A DNA stretch of 64,000 nucleotides, taken from an uncultured Chloroflexia bacterium. GTDB lineage: Bacteria > Chloroflexota > Limnocylindria > Limnocylindrales > CSP1-4. Shown here in pieces: positions 1 to 12,975 of this stretch. Below the pieces are notes generated by a model that saw nothing but the letters and a program-made list of their open reading frames with translations, was not told where the DNA came from and ran no database searches. Position 1 is the stretch's first letter, and each line of letters opens with the position of its first letter. The stretch spans positions 352,001 to 416,000 of the forward strand of contig CAVQJC010000001.1 in assembly GCA_963712745.1 (NCBI GenBank), in the 5' to 3' direction. The position numbers and the translations under genes were made by a program.

Positions 1-573
1 TTCATCCCCATCGCGGGACTCGGACCGGTCGCCGGCGCCCTGGCCATCGGCATCCACTCCGCGGGCACCCTGGGCAAGCTCACGGCCGAGGCCATCGAGG
101 GCATCGACCCCGGGCCCATGGAGGCGGCCCGAGCGGCGGGCGGCCGCGGTCTACAGGTGCAGCGCTGGGGCGTCCTGCCGCTGGTACTGCCCGAGCTGGT
201 GGGCTTCTGGCTCTACCGCTTCGAGATCAACATCCGCGCCGGTGCGGTGCTTGGCGTGGTCGGGGCCGGCGGTATCGGCTTCCTGCTCGACCAGACCATC
301 AAGTTCGGGCGCTTCCCGCAGGCCGGCATGGCCATCATCGTGGTCGTGGTCGCCACCATCCTCGTCGATGGGCTGTCAGGACGCGTGCGACGTCGCATCA
401 TCGAGGGTGCCGATGCCAAGGTCGCTCCGGAGGCTGAGAGTCGATCATCGACCCCGCCATGGCTGGCTCATGAGCTCGCCCTTCAGGCTGCGCGATCGCG
501 CAGCCCGCGAGGCCGAGGAGGTCGAGCGTCTCGCCCCGGCCGCGCTTCGCTCGATCGACTCACGCGGTCGTGA
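1..573 (+). CDS. phnE: Phosphonate/phosphate ABC transporter permease (5'-truncated; 3' end uncertain, probably ends nearer 470)
   Basis: Frame +1 from base 1 reads FIPIAGLGPVAGALAIGIHSAGTLGKLTAEAIEGIDPGPMEAARAAG...LYRFEINIRAGAVLGVVGAGGIG, the typical PhnE EAA loop and C-terminal motif. Confidence 0.88.
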   Translation, partial: FIPIAGLGPVAGALAIGIHSAGTLGKLTAEAIEGIDPGPMEAARAAGGRGLQVQRWGVLPLVLPELVGFWLYRFEINIRAGAVLGVVGAGGIGFLLDQTIKFGRFPQAGMAIIVVVVATILVDGLSGRVRRRIIEGADAKVAPEAESRSSTPPWLAHELALQAARSRSPRGRGGRASRPGRASLDRLTRS

Positions 574-1496
574 ACGGCACGAACAACCCGACCGCTTGCG
601 CACCATCTTCGAGCGTGACCGCGACCGCATCACGCACAGCAAGGCCTTTCGGCGCCTGAAGCACAAGACGCAGGTCTTCGTGAACCCCGAGGACGATCAC
701 TACGTCACGCGCCTGACGCACACCATCCAGGTGACCCAGATCGCGCGCTCGCTCGCAGACGCACTCTCACTGAACGAGCCGCTGGCCGAGGCCATCGCGC
801 TGGGCCACGACGTCGGCCACTCGCCCTTCGGCCATACCGGAGAGGAAGCACTCTCGCCGTACTTCCCGACCGTCGGCGGGTGGCACCATGCGGCGCAGAG
901 CGTGCGAGTCTACGAGGTGCTCGAGGACCTCAACCTTGCTTGGGAGGTGCGTGACGGTATCCGCGCACACTCGTGGAAGATCGAGCCGCCACCGACGTAC
1001 GCAGGAGGCCTCTGTGTGCGCTACGCCGACCGTATCGCCTACCTGACGCACGACGCGCTCGACGCCATGCGTGCCGGGCTGCTCACGCAGGACGAGTTCC
1101 CGACGCGCCATCCGTGCCCGCTTCGGCCCGCCCGGCTCGGCCTGGGTCGGGCGGCATGATCGAGGCCGTGGTGGACGGCTCGACTGGCCGAGCGGCGACG
1201 TGACGATGGACGATGAGGTCCTCGCCGACATGACCGAGCTGCGCGACTTCATGTTCGAGCGCGTCTACCTGGCGCCGACGCAGCGCGATCACCATCGCCA
1301 GGCGGTCGAGGTCATCCGTCGCCTGCTGGACCACCACCTCAGCCACCCCGACGAACTGCCTGCTTCGTACCGCGACAACGACGCCGACCGCGTCGTGCAG
1401 GCGGCCGACTACGTCACCGGCATGACCGACCGTTTCGCGCTGCGCAGGCACGAGCAGCTGTTCGGCTACCGCGGCATCGACGACCCGCAGCTGTGA
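470..1496 (+). CDS. dgt: HD-domain dNTP triphosphohydrolase (dGTPase-like, short form); frameshifted near 1100-1190
   Basis: RTIFERDRDRITHSKAFRRLKHKTQVF, TRLTHT, GHDVGHSPFGHTGE, ADRIAY motifs; C-terminal DYVTGMTDRFA in ORF 1071..1496. Confidence 0.9.
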
Positions 1497-1527
1497 GACG
1501 TTTCGACGACCGCTGAGCGGACTGCGC

Positions 1528-2105
1528 GTGGGCCTCGACATGGACGGCGTCCTGGCTGACTTCAACGCTGGCTGGATGCGGCGCTACAACGCGGACTTCG
1601 AGGCGCAGTTGCACCCGTCGATGGTGGTCACGTGGGATGGCTTGCACCGACTTACCCATTTCGAGTCGATGGTCGACTTCTGGGACTGGGCCCGCGGGGA
1701 TGAGCACTCCACCTTCCGGGATGCACCGGCCTTGCCGGGTGCTGTCGAGGCCGTGCCAAGCGCATCGCGCAGAAGCATCGCCTCGTGATCGTCAGCTCCA
1801 AGTTCGACTGGGCCATCCCTGATTCGATGGCCTGGCTGGCGGCGCATGCCATCCCGGCGCGCGAGGTGCACTTCCTGTGGGACAAGACCCTGGCCGCCTG
1901 CGACGTCTACATCGACGATGCACCGCACCAGTTGGCGGAGCTCAGCCGTCGGCTGCCCGAAGCGACCGTCTGTCGCATGGTGCATCCGTGGAACGAACCG
2001 ATGGCCGGCGTGCTCGACGTGCACTCATGGCACGAGTTCGAGACGATCGTCGATGACGCGGCCGTTCGCAAATCCGATCGCGCTGGTCGCACGACCGAGG
2101 GATAG
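1528..2105 (+). CDS. 5'(3')-deoxyribonucleotidase (HAD, NT5C family); frameshifted near 1760
   Basis: GLDMDGVLADF HAD motif I, PGAVEA, DK...CDVYIDDAPH, HPWN across ORFs 1528..1788 and 1785..2105. Confidence 0.82.
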
Positions 2106-2158
2106 TTGCAGGCGCAACTATCCTGTGGCATACTGCGGTCCAGGAAAGGAGACCCCAC

Positions 2159-3161
2159 GTGCCAGCCATCAGCGTTGACGACATCACTGCCCTGCAGCGT
2201 ATCCCCTCCCCCGATCCAGTGACCGCTCGGCCTCGTGCGGTGAAGAGCGTCACACGGGCCCCCAGTGCGTTCGAGGGCGAGGGTTTCCCGGTGCGCCGGG
2301 CCTTCGCGGGTGTCGACCTGCGCGACCTCGACCCGTTCATCCACCTCGACCAGATGGGCGAAGTGGAATACGCGCCCGGTGAACCGAAGGGCACGCCATG
2401 GCATCCGCATCGCGGCTTCGAGACCGTGACCTACATGATCGACGGCATCTTCGAGCATGCCGACTCGAACGGCGGCGGCGGCGTCATCACCAACGGCGAC
2501 ACCCAGTGGATGACCGCTGGTGCGGGCATCCTGCATATCGAGAAGCCGCCGGAGCATCTCGTCATGAGCGGTGGCCTCTTCCATGGCTTCCAGCTCTGGG
2601 TGAACCTGCCCAGGGACAAGAAGTGGGCCGATCCGCGTTACCAGGACCTGCGCGCCGATGAAGTGGCGTTGGTCGCCTCGGATGACGGCGGTGCCCTGCT
2701 GCGCATCATCGCGGGAGAGATCGCCGGCTTCACAGGTCCCGGGTCGACCTATACGCCGATGATCCAGATCCACGCCACCATCAGCCCAGGCGCCGCGGTA
2801 TCCCTGCCCTGGCGAGCCGACTACAACGGCCTGCTCTACGTGCTCAATGGCGAGGGCACGGTCGGGCCCGGAGAAGCGCCCCATCAGCATGGGCCAGCTC
2901 GCGGTGTACGGCGCGGGCAACGTGCTCAGCGTGGCCGCCTCGGCGGTGCAGGAGAGCCGCAGCCCCAGCATGGACGTGCTCATCCTCGGCGGTCGGCCCA
3001 TCCGTGAGCCGGTGGCATGGATGGGCCCGTTCGTGATGAACACGCGCGAAGAAGTCATGCAGGCGTTCAGCGACTACCAGGCTGGTCGCCTCGGCTCGAT
3101 CCCGGCGGTGCATGGCACGCCGGACCGGGTCATCTCGACGGACGGCCAGCCCCGCGCCTGA
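2159..3161 (+). CDS. Pirin family protein; frameshift near 2870
   Basis: EGEGFPVRRAF, DPFIHLDQMG, WHPHRGFETVTY, QWMTAGAGILHIE, GPFVMNTREE; RBS AGGAG upstream. Confidence 0.92.
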
Positions 3162-3193
3162 GAGCGGGCGGATCGATAACGAGCACCCAAGGC

Positions 3194-4037
3194 ATGCGGC
3201 GATTCCAGCAAGTGGATGTCTTCTCGCCGATGCCTCTGGGCGGCAACCCGGTGGCCGTGGTGCTCGACACGGAAGGCCTCACGAGCGCACAGATGCAACG
3301 CTTCACCAGCTGGACCAACCTGTCTGAGGCGACGTTCCTGCTGCCCCCGTCGGACCCTGCCGCCGACTATCGCGTGCGTATCTTCTACGCGGCAGGTGAG
3401 CTGGATTTCGCCGGCCATCCGACACTCGGCAGCTGCCACGCATGGCTCAGCGGCGGGCGGAACGCCCCAGACACCCGACATCATCGTGCAGGAATGCCCC
3501 CTGGGTCTGGTACGCATCCGACGGAGTGAGCGCGGTCTCGCCTTCGAGGCCCCACCGACGCAGCGCGCAGGCCCGGTCAGCCTGCGGAGCTGGACCGTTT
3601 CGCGGGCCATCCTGGGCATCGGCGCGGGGGACGTGATGGACTGTCAGTGGGTCGACAATGGACCCGGGTGGGTCGCGACTGATGCTCCGCTCAGCCGAAG
3701 ACGTGCTGGCGTTGAAGCCGGCCGCGGATGGGGGCGAGCGCGTGGACATCGGCGTCGTGGGTCCGTACCCGCACGGCGCGGAATGTGCGTATGAGGTGCG
3801 CGCCTTCTTCAGCAACGATCGCGGCGACCTGGTGGAGGATCCGGTGACGGGCAGTCTCAATGCGTCGCTCGCCCAATGGCTGGTCAGCAGTGGGCGATTC
3901 GAGGCACCCTACGTGGCCCGCCAAGGCACCGTGCTGGGTCGTTCCGGTCGGGTCCACATCAGCCAGACCGACGACGGCGCATCTGGGTGGGTGGCGATAC
4001 CCACACCATCATGGTGGGCTCGGTCGACCTCGGCTGA
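3194..4037 (+). CDS. PhzF family epimerase/isomerase; several frameshifts
   Basis: QVDVFS..GNPVAVV, NLSEATF, ELDFAGHPTLG, EDPVTGSLNASLAQW motifs across ORFs 3017, 3216 and 3658. Confidence 0.88.
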
Positions 4038-4068
4038 GGCCCGTGGTCAGCCGGGTCGGCCGTGCCGA

Positions 4069-5696
4069 TCAGGTGACCTTGAACAGGATGCGGTGATGAC
4101 CACGAGCACCGTCGGGTGCGGGTCGTGAGCGTCTCAGCGGTCTGCACGTCGCCGTCTGCCGTCGGTGGTGCGCACCGTCACCTCGTGGGTGCCTGGCTGG
4201 GCGTCGTAACGCGACCTTCCACTGCACCCAGGTGGTGTCGTTGAGGGCCTCGGAGAGCTCGGCTGTCTGCCAGTCGACCGTCGTCGATCTGGACTTCCAC
4301 CTTCTCGACGCCGCGGTCCTGCGCCCAGGCCACGCCGGCGATGGCGATGGTACCGGCCTCGCACGCTGCTGCCACGTCCTGGGGACATCGATACGCGACT
4401 GTGTCAGGATCGGCCCTTCCTTGGACCAGCCCCGCGGCACCCAGTAGCCGTCGAAGTCCTCGAGCGTGGTCAGCTCGATCTCGCTCAGCCACTTGGTCGC
4501 GCTGACGTAGCCGTACAGGCCCGGGATGATGAGGCGAGCCGGATAGCCATGGTCGAGCGGCAGCGGCGCCTTGTTCATGCCCAGCGCGATCATCGGCTGA
4601 CGGTCGGGGTCCATGGCCCAGGCCGTCGGAAAGCCGCAGGTCCAGCCGTCGACCGACTTGCTGGCGATCTGGGTCGCGCCGGGCTGTACGCCCAGCCATG
4701 TCGAGCACCTCGCGCAGGTCGACACCGGTCCACAGCGCGTTGCCGATGAGCTTGCCGCCGACCTCGTTGGAGACACAGGCGATGGTGACGTACTGCTCGA
4801 TGAGCGGCATGGCTGACAGCTCGTCGTAGGTCAGGGTGACCTCACGGTCGACCATGCCACCGATCTTGAGGGTCCATTCATCCACGTTGACGCGAGGTGC
4901 GACGAGCGCCGTATCGATCAGGTAGAACTGGTCGTTGGGCGTCACGATGGGGGTGATGCCCGAGCACATCGAGCGAGGCCGTCGAAGGCACGCTCGGCGC
5001 CTGGGCCCGCGGCCACGGGCAGCTCGACGTCGACGGCTGGGCCGCCGGGACGGCTGGTGAGCAGGTTGCGCCCGACGACACCCGAAGACGATCGAGCTGA
5101 CGGCGACACCGCCACCGATCCGCAGGAAGCGCCGGCGATCCCAGTCCGGCATCGAGGCCTCGCCGACATCACGGCAGTGGCCTGCCCATCGGCCGCGTCT
5201 CCCCAGGCCGGGTTGGTCGTGGCCAGCATCAGCCGCAACGCGCCCAGGGCCACGAGCATCGAGACGACGACTGTGAGGATGGTGAGCAGCGGATCGTTGA
5301 GCGGCTGCGCGACGGCTGCCACCAGTCCGGCCGATCCCGGCGATGCTGAAGCCGACGAGCGGGATGTTCCAGTTCCTGCGACCACCCACGCCGAGCAGGC
5401 CGGCGATGAGGATGGCGCCGCCGACGATCATGATGTTGAGCACGAGCTTGTCTGCCTCACCGAACAGGTCGACGAAGATCTCCTTGCCGCCGGGTGGCTG
5501 CAGGTCGATGATCAGGTCGCCGATGGCGATGACCAGAGACGGCGCCCCGGCAACGAGGCCGGCGATCAGTTCGCCGACAGCGATACCAAGGGCGGCCGCG
5601 AGACCGCCAGCCGCGAATGCAGCCGCGTCGGCTGAACGTGAGTGGCATGACGCCGGGTGCGGACGCTGTTTGGGTCGATGTGCTCATGGCAGTCAT
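4069..5696 (-). CDS. Membrane-anchored molybdopterin-dependent oxidoreductase (sulfite oxidase family); frameshifted
   Basis: N-terminal TM helices, DRRRFL, FYLIDTAL, CVSNEVGG (Mo-ligating Cys), HGYPARLIIPGLYGYVSATKWL, PAPDGARGHH. Confidence 0.88.
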
Positions 5697-5751
5697 TGAA
5701 GCGCACGTTCGTGACATTCCGACGACGGCACGATACGGCATACTCGCGGCC

Positions 5752-6305
5752 ATGGCCACAAGACCGCAGCGCAGCTCCAGGCGGGCATGCGCCGACGTGC
5801 TCGCCGCACCCAAGGATGTCGGGCACCGTCCGTCTCATCGTGCGCCGGCCCGGCGTGGACGAACGGGAGGTGCTCGAGACAGCGCGCCTCGAGCCAACCC
5901 ACGGGCTGGTCGGTGACGATTGGGAGCACCGCCCCGGACGCGATGGCGACGCCAGACCTGCTGTACGCGCAGCTGACCGTCATGAATGCGCGCTACGCCG
6001 AGTTGATCACTGGCTCCACGGAGCCGGAGCGATGGGCGGCGGCGGGTGACCAGCTCTATCTCGACCTGGATATCTCGGAGGCGAACTGCCGGCGGGTACA
6101 CGCCTGTCCGTCGGCACCGCCATCGATCGCGATCAGCGCCGAAGCCGCATACGGGCTGCGCCAAGTTCAGCGCGCGCTTCGGGTCCGAGGCCCTGAAGCT
6201 TGGCCAACACCAGCGCCGGCCGGGCGCTTGCGCCTGCGCGGCGCCAACGCCGCCGTCGTCGAGTCCGGCGTGGTGCGCACGGGAGACATCGTCCGCCGCA
6301 TCTAG
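5752..6305 (+). CDS. MOSC domain-containing protein; frameshifted
   Basis: GTVRLIVRRPG..ERE, GLVGDDW, QLTVMNAR, AGDQLYLDLDISE, PHTGCAKFSARFG, LRLRGANA. Confidence 0.85.
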
Positions 6306-6635
6306 GGTCCCGTGCTGGCCGATCGGCGAGCGTGGCTGTGGCCGCCGCTGGGACGTCGCTTCCGCGCATCGGTGTTCGTGACCGCAGGCCGGATGTCGGC
6401 GTCTGGACCGCGAACAGGCGAATGAGACGAGTCTGTAGGACAGCTGTCCCTCATGGCGGTGGGACAGCGGCAGCCGCCGGGCGACGACGGACGCTGTATC
6501 ACGTGATTCCCGGCAGTTCGGCGGGCGTGGCCGTGGTGGCGGCTTCCATGGCACTTGACGCACAGTCCACAATCGAGCCAAGCCAAGACCCTGAGGGGCG
6601 ATGCACGGGTCTTGGTGAGCGGGAGGAAACGCTCG

Positions 6636-6932
6636 ATGGCCAGTCCACCTCCGATCCTGGCGACCGTACTACGTCAGCCGGCGCCGAACGCGGTCTGCAC
6701 CTGCGAGCATTCGCTCGACTGCGACTGTGCTTGTCACGACCGGCACTGCGATATATCTCAGGTCGCCTGCCACACGGACTACCTGCCCGATGAGGGCGGG
6801 CTGACGGCCTGGGGTTGCCCCGCCTGCACACCAGGCCAGGGCGCCCTCCACTATCTCGGCTGCGAACTGATGGGCTGGAACGTTCCGATGCCCATGCCAG
6901 GCAGTGGCGGGTTGGGTCTGGCATTCGCCTGA
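6636..6932 (+). CDS. Small Cys/His-rich hypothetical protein (98 aa)
   Basis: Strong RBS GGGAGG before ATG 6636; 10 Cys and 5 His including CxC, CxCxC and CPAC...LHxxGC. Confidence 0.65.
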   Translation: MASPPPILATVLRQPAPNAVCTCEHSLDCDCACHDRHCDISQVACHTDYLPDEGGLTAWGCPACTPGQGALHYLGCELMGWNVPMPMPGSGGLGLAFA

Positions 6933-6978
6933 CAGCGCCGTGGCAGGCACGTGCATGCCATCGGCGTGGCTCTTACCT

Positions 6979-7929
6979 CTAGACCTCAGCAGCGGGACTG
7001 GATGCCTCGGCGCGGGAAGCCAGGCGTGCCTCGTCGGTGGCCTCGTAGCGTAGCGCGATACGGCCCACCACGACGACTACGGCGAAGGCGATGATGGCAC
7101 CGGCGATGGCCAAGACGACGTCACCGTCGGGTGCGCCCAGTTCCGTCGAATCGACGCCATTCGGCCACGGCCAGAGGACGCGCACCGATCCGGCCATCAA
7201 GCCGATGAGCGCCGCGAGCATGTTGTCGTGATGGTGCTGCAGGGCGTGATGCAGCAGCTGCGAGAACAGCGCCAGTCCGACGACAGCGCCAAGCATGAAC
7301 ACGCCCAGCACCGCGAAGTCGCGGTCGGTCGCGGCAGCCAGGACAGGCCCATACATACCCATCAACACGAGCAGGAATGAACCCGACACGCCCGGCAGGA
7401 TCATGGCGCAGATCGCGATCGCCCCAGCGATGAAGAACGCCCACAAAGCCGGCTGCGAGATCTGACCGACCGTCTCCTCGCTGGTGCCGCCCTGCAAACC
7501 CAGCGCCACGAAGGTGACCAACCCAACACCTGCCACGACCGCGATATGGAATGGCCGAGGTGCACGCATCAGACGCCAGGCCACGACCACCGATCCGGCC
7601 ACGAGGCCAAGGAAGATGGCTGCCATCAGCTCGGCCTCATCGTGCAGCAGACGCTGCAGGATGCCCGCGAGGACGGCCACGGCGATCAGGATGCCGGCAC
7701 CGAGCGGCACGATCAGGGCCCACTCCACCGTGGACATCCATGTGCGGAACCCGCTCGTGTCGGCCTTGAGCAGGAGGCCCAGGGCTTTCGAACCGGCCCT
7801 GATCGATGCGATCAGGCGCTCGTAGATTCCGAGCACCAGGGCGACCGTCCCGCCGGACACACCGGGCACGATGTCGGCGGCGCCCATGGCAAAGCCACGC
7901 ACGACGTTGAGGACGACGGTGACGAGCAT
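6979..7929 (-). CDS. DUF368 family membrane protein (undecaprenyl-phosphate translocase-like)
   Basis: GFAMGAADIVPGVSGGTVALVLGIYERLI and AICAMILPGVSGSFLL repeats; TATGCT 7 nt upstream of ATG 7929 suggests a leaderless start. Confidence 0.9.
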   Translation of the reverse strand: MLVTVVLNVVRGFAMGAADIVPGVSGGTVALVLGIYERLIASIRAGSKALGLLLKADTSGFRTWMSTVEWALIVPLGAGILIAVAVLAGILQRLLHDEAELMAAIFLGLVAGSVVVAWRLMRAPRPFHIAVVAGVGLVTFVALGLQGGTSEETVGQISQPALWAFFIAGAIAICAMILPGVSGSFLLVLMGMYGPVLAAATDRDFAVLGVFMLGAVVGLALFSQLLHHALQHHHDNMLAALIGLMAGSVRVLWPWPNGVDSTELGAPDGDVVLAIAGAIIAFAVVVVVGRIALRYEATDEARLASRAEASSPAAEV

Positions 7930-8022
7930 GGCAGCGAGCATAGCGTTCTGCGAGGCGCTCGTTGACCGGACCGCTGCGCAGGCTTTGTGATCGCAGACCT
8001 GGGGGCCTGGTCGTGCTTTAGG

Positions 8023-8271
8023 TCATGGCTCGCGGCGGTGCTCATCGACCGGCCGGAGCAGGATCACTCCGACCCCGAATAGCGCTACGCCCAGCCACAT
8101 CGCAGCCTGCGGCCTGGCCACGCCGCGCTCCGGCCCTCCCACGAGGTCCATCAAGGTGCCGCCAACGGCCAGGAAGATCGATGTCAGGCCCAGCCCATTT
8201 GGCGAGACTCGCAGGAGCTGCGTACCCGGGAGTCGCTGGATGGGTCGCGCGCTGGCTGCGGCGACGGCCAT
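8023..8271 (-). CDS. Small membrane protein, two predicted TM helices
   Basis: 82-aa ORF with two hydrophobic segments directly downstream of the 5'-nucleotidase gene. Confidence 0.5.
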   Translation of the reverse strand: MAVAAASARPIQRLPGTQLLRVSPNGLGLTSIFLAVGGTLMDLVGGPERGVARPQAAMWLGVALFGVGVILLRPVDEHRREP

Positions 8272-8286
8272 GATCTAGCCCGGCGA

Positions 8287-9324
8287 TCAGCGCTTCAGCG
8301 CGGCCCGATCGCGCGTCTTACGCGGGGTCTGCGCACTAGCGCGAGAACCGGCCTCCGGAATCGGCTTGACGTGGCCCCCGACCGGCAGGACCACCACCGG
8401 CTCCTGCCCGGGTCCCGAGATCGCCTCGACCACCTCTTCCGGCCAAAGCACCTGGGCAGATGGCACCAGCCGCGCTGCCGATGCGACGTGTGCATGCTGG
8501 TCATCGAAGAAGATATGGGCCCCGAACGCAGCCAGCACGTCGGTCTTCTCGACGCCCCCGAGGAAGTAGGTCTCGTCGATACGAACGCCCCATTGGCGCA
8601 ACGTATTGATGACGCGCAGGTGGGCCGGCGCGCCACGTGCGGTCACGAGCGCGGTACGGATGGGCGAGATGCCCTCGAAGCGGGCCTGGATACGCGCGAG
8701 GCCATCGAGGAACGGCCGGAATGGCCCGGGCGCCATGGCCCGATCCGCGTGCCGCGATTCATACGCATGGAAGGCCTCGAGGCCTTCTTCGTCGAAGAGA
8801 CGCTGCGACTCGGCATCGAAGAGCACGGCATCACCGTCGAACGCGATGCGAACCTCCGAAAGGTCCTCATCGAGGGCCTCCTGCGGCGGCGTCATGATCA
8901 GCGCTGCGGGCACGCCCTGCTCGCGAGCCTGAAGCACCTGGCTCGCCTCGGCGCTCAGGAAGATATCGCAGCTCAGCGCTGACAGGAACGAGAGCGGATC
9001 GCGCCCGCCGCGGAAGACTCCGCGGCTGATGTCCAGGCCATGTGCCTCGATCGAGCGGAAGACACGCATGGCGGAATCGGCGTCGTTGCGCGAGAAGATG
9101 ATGACCTCGACCAGGTGATCGCCGGCCCGTTCGTTCACCGCGAGCAGGCCCTTGACCAGCGGGAACGCCGTGCCCGGCGAGAGGATCTCGTGCTCGTGTG
9201 AATGCTGGAATTCGCGATATGCGCTCAGGCCTTCACGCTCGTAGACGGCGTTCGCCTCACTCAGGTCGAAGAGCGCTCGCGACGAGATCCCGACGACCAA
9301 CTTGTCCTGGAGATCAAGGGGCAT
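8287..9324 (-). CDS. 5'-nucleotidase (cN-I-like, PF06189 type)
   Basis: KLVVGISSRALFDL, PGTAFPLVKGLL, RIAFDGDAVLF, TALVTARGAPAH, HIFFDDQ. Confidence 0.92.
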   Translation of the reverse strand: MPLDLQDKLVVGISSRALFDLSEANAVYEREGLSAYREFQHSHEHEILSPGTAFPLVKGLLAVNERAGDHLVEVIIFSRNDADSAMRVFRSIEAHGLDISRGVFRGGRDPLSFLSALSCDIFLSAEASQVLQAREQGVPAALIMTPPQEALDEDLSEVRIAFDGDAVLFDAESQRLFDEEGLEAFHAYESRHADRAMAPGPFRPFLDGLARIQARFEGISPIRTALVTARGAPAHLRVINTLRQWGVRIDETYFLGGVEKTDVLAAFGAHIFFDDQHAHVASAARLVPSAQVLWPEEVVEAISGPGQEPVVVLPVGGHVKPIPEAGSRASAQTPRKTRDRAALKR

Positions 9325-9446
9325 TGGCTCTGGGTCCGACTACGGCACTGGGTAGTGCCAGTCTAGGCCAAGCGCTGCCATCGATGAACCCCCCATCAGG
9401 TGGCGTATGCCGTCAACCACGGTCCTGCGAAGAGCACGCATCGTGG

Positions 9447-10143
9447 CTACTCGCGGATGTTCTGACGGTCTACGGAGGTGACCTCGCCGCGGAAGTATTC
9501 CCAGGGCCCATCCTTGCGCTCATAGGTCGCGACTACGGTCGAAGGGATACGCACACCGCCGAATTCGCGCGGCTGACCGAAATCACAGCGCCAGGGGGCC
9601 AAAGCAAAGCCGTCGGGCACGTCGTACGGTCGCGCCTTGCTGGTTGCGCGCACGACGTCGCCGCGCGCATCGATGTCGAAGCGCACCGAGACCGGGCGCG
9701 AACCGGCTGCGTGACTGATCTCGAAGGCATCCTTGCCGGCAGCGGTCCACTTCAGGCTTGGTTCCGCTCGCGCCAGATCTGGCACCCAGGCCAGTTCTGC
9801 GAGGCTACGGATGACTTGCATCGTCAGCACCTCGGGTCCCTCGCGCTGGCCCAACGACTTGATGCCGTAGAGCCAGGCGCCACCCCAACCGCGGTCGGCG
9901 GCATGGCCGTCCTTGACCAGGATCCACAGGGCTGTCTTGAGACGCAGCCGTCCGCGCCAGTCGTACGAGAACGGGCGTGCCTCGTACGTGCCGGTCGACT
10001 TGAACGAGAGCCAGCGATCCTGCGCATCCATCTCCCCTTGCTCACCCACCCAGATGCGCTCAGGACTGGGGGCATCCGGGGCGATGACGCTGTCGAGCCA
10101 ACGCTGCGCCGCTGCCGGCAGCTTCGCTGGCATCTCGCGCTCG

Positions 10144-10151
<8 letters not shown>
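9447..10151 (-). CDS. Conserved hypothetical protein (DUF6544/DUF6920-like)
   Basis: LPAAAQRWL..., QGEM, F.WRGR, RSLAELAWVP, W...GVRIPS pattern; overlaps glnS stop. Confidence 0.65.
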
Positions 10152-11870
<1,719 letters not shown>

Positions 11871-12036
11871 GCCCACAAGGGCAGCAGGGACAGATGTCGA
11901 GCCGGGTCGGTAGCAGGCGGGCGCCGGATCCGGATCTGGCTCACGGCGCGATGCGATGGCTCGCCGTCACTACGTGCTGCGAGGCTAGCACAGGGCACGT
12001 CGTGGCTCGGGGTTGTGAGGACTACGTGAGTGCAGC

Positions 12037-12459
12037 CTATGCCTGGAGGAGGATCCATAGCGGCGCGTCAGACGACACCCGATCACTGGTGGCATGCTCG
12101 AGCACATCCCGAAGCATGGCGCGATCCGCGGCGGTGCCCATCGAGGGAGAGCTGCCGCCGAGCACGGCGATGACATATCCGCGCTGCCGTGACGGTAACC
12201 AGGAGAGGTCGCGCAGGGCATCATCGAGGGCATCCCAGTTGTGCCCGAACCAGCCAGGAAACCGCAGCTGCTGCGCGAAGGCAGCCAGGACGCCCGCCTT
12301 GTCGATGACCCCGCTGAGGTCGATCAGTGCCGTCGACCAACCAGCGGCGTCGAATTGGTCCAGGAGCCTGACCATGTCCACCTCGACCCCAACGTCATGG
12401 GCGCCCGGGTCGAGCTCGCTTAGGCCCGCCGGCCACGCCGCTTCGCCAGGTGTGGTCAC
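12037..12459 (-). CDS. Barstar family ribonuclease inhibitor
   Basis: LRFPGWFGHNWDALDDALRDLSW barstar motif; GTG start overlaps RNase TGA (GTGA). Confidence 0.88.
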   Translation of the reverse strand: MTTPGEAAWPAGLSELDPGAHDVGVEVDMVRLLDQFDAAGWSTALIDLSGVIDKAGVLAAFAQQLRFPGWFGHNWDALDDALRDLSWLPSRQRGYVIAVLGGSSPSMGTAADRAMLRDVLEHATSDRVSSDAPLWILLQA

Positions 12460-12902
12460 GGTTCCACGAACCGAAATGAGTCGTAGTGGTCGTCGGTGTA
12501 GTACAGGACCGAGCCAGCCTCGACGACGAGTCGCCGCGCCCCGCGATCTGACGACCCGGGTGTCTCGACGGTGTACTCGCGATAAGCGCCCTGCTGGCGG
12601 CCCGGCAGGAGGCCCTCGCGGTTCTGGAAGGCGGCCCCATCCTGCCGATACGGAAACGGTCCACCGGCAGCGATGAGCGCGAGTACCTCGATCGCTTCGG
12701 GTGGCAAGTCTGCCATCGCGACGCTGGCACCGCGCCAGTCGGACGCTGCTTGCGTGGCCCAAGGCCCCCCGGCAGCATCAGCGCCAGCGCTCCCGCTCGC
12801 GTCCGGGTCAGCACAGGCTGAGACGATGAGCATGAACAGCAACGCGACCATGGAGAACAGTCGGAGGTGACGGTTTCCGTTCGCGGACGACCGGTACGAC
12901 AC
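12456..12902 (-). CDS. Guanyl-specific ribonuclease (RNase Sa/barnase family), predicted lipoprotein
   Basis: GGPFPYRQDGAAFQNREGLLP, YREYTVETPGSSDRGARRLV, YYTDDHYDSF; signal peptide ending in lipobox VSAC. Confidence 0.9.
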   Translation of the reverse strand: MSYRSSANGNRHLRLFSMVALLFMLIVSACADPDASGSAGADAAGGPWATQAASDWRGASVAMADLPPEAIEVLALIAAGGPFPYRQDGAAFQNREGLLPGRQQGAYREYTVETPGSSDRGARRLVVEAGSVLYYTDDHYDSFRFVEP

Positions 12903-12975
12903 GATGGGCCTTCTAGTGCTGGTGCGTGCTACTGCTGGTGCGTGCCAGACCGGCAGCGACGGTCGGACTTGCACA

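Noticed and set aside
470-2105. dGTPase + nucleotidase as an antiphage nucleotide-depletion system
   Set aside because: Short housekeeping-type dGTPase in a core-like context with no defence or mobile genes nearby.
11871-12036. Possible T-box leader upstream of glnS
   Set aside because: No GGTGGNACC T-box sequence or terminator/antiterminator was seen.
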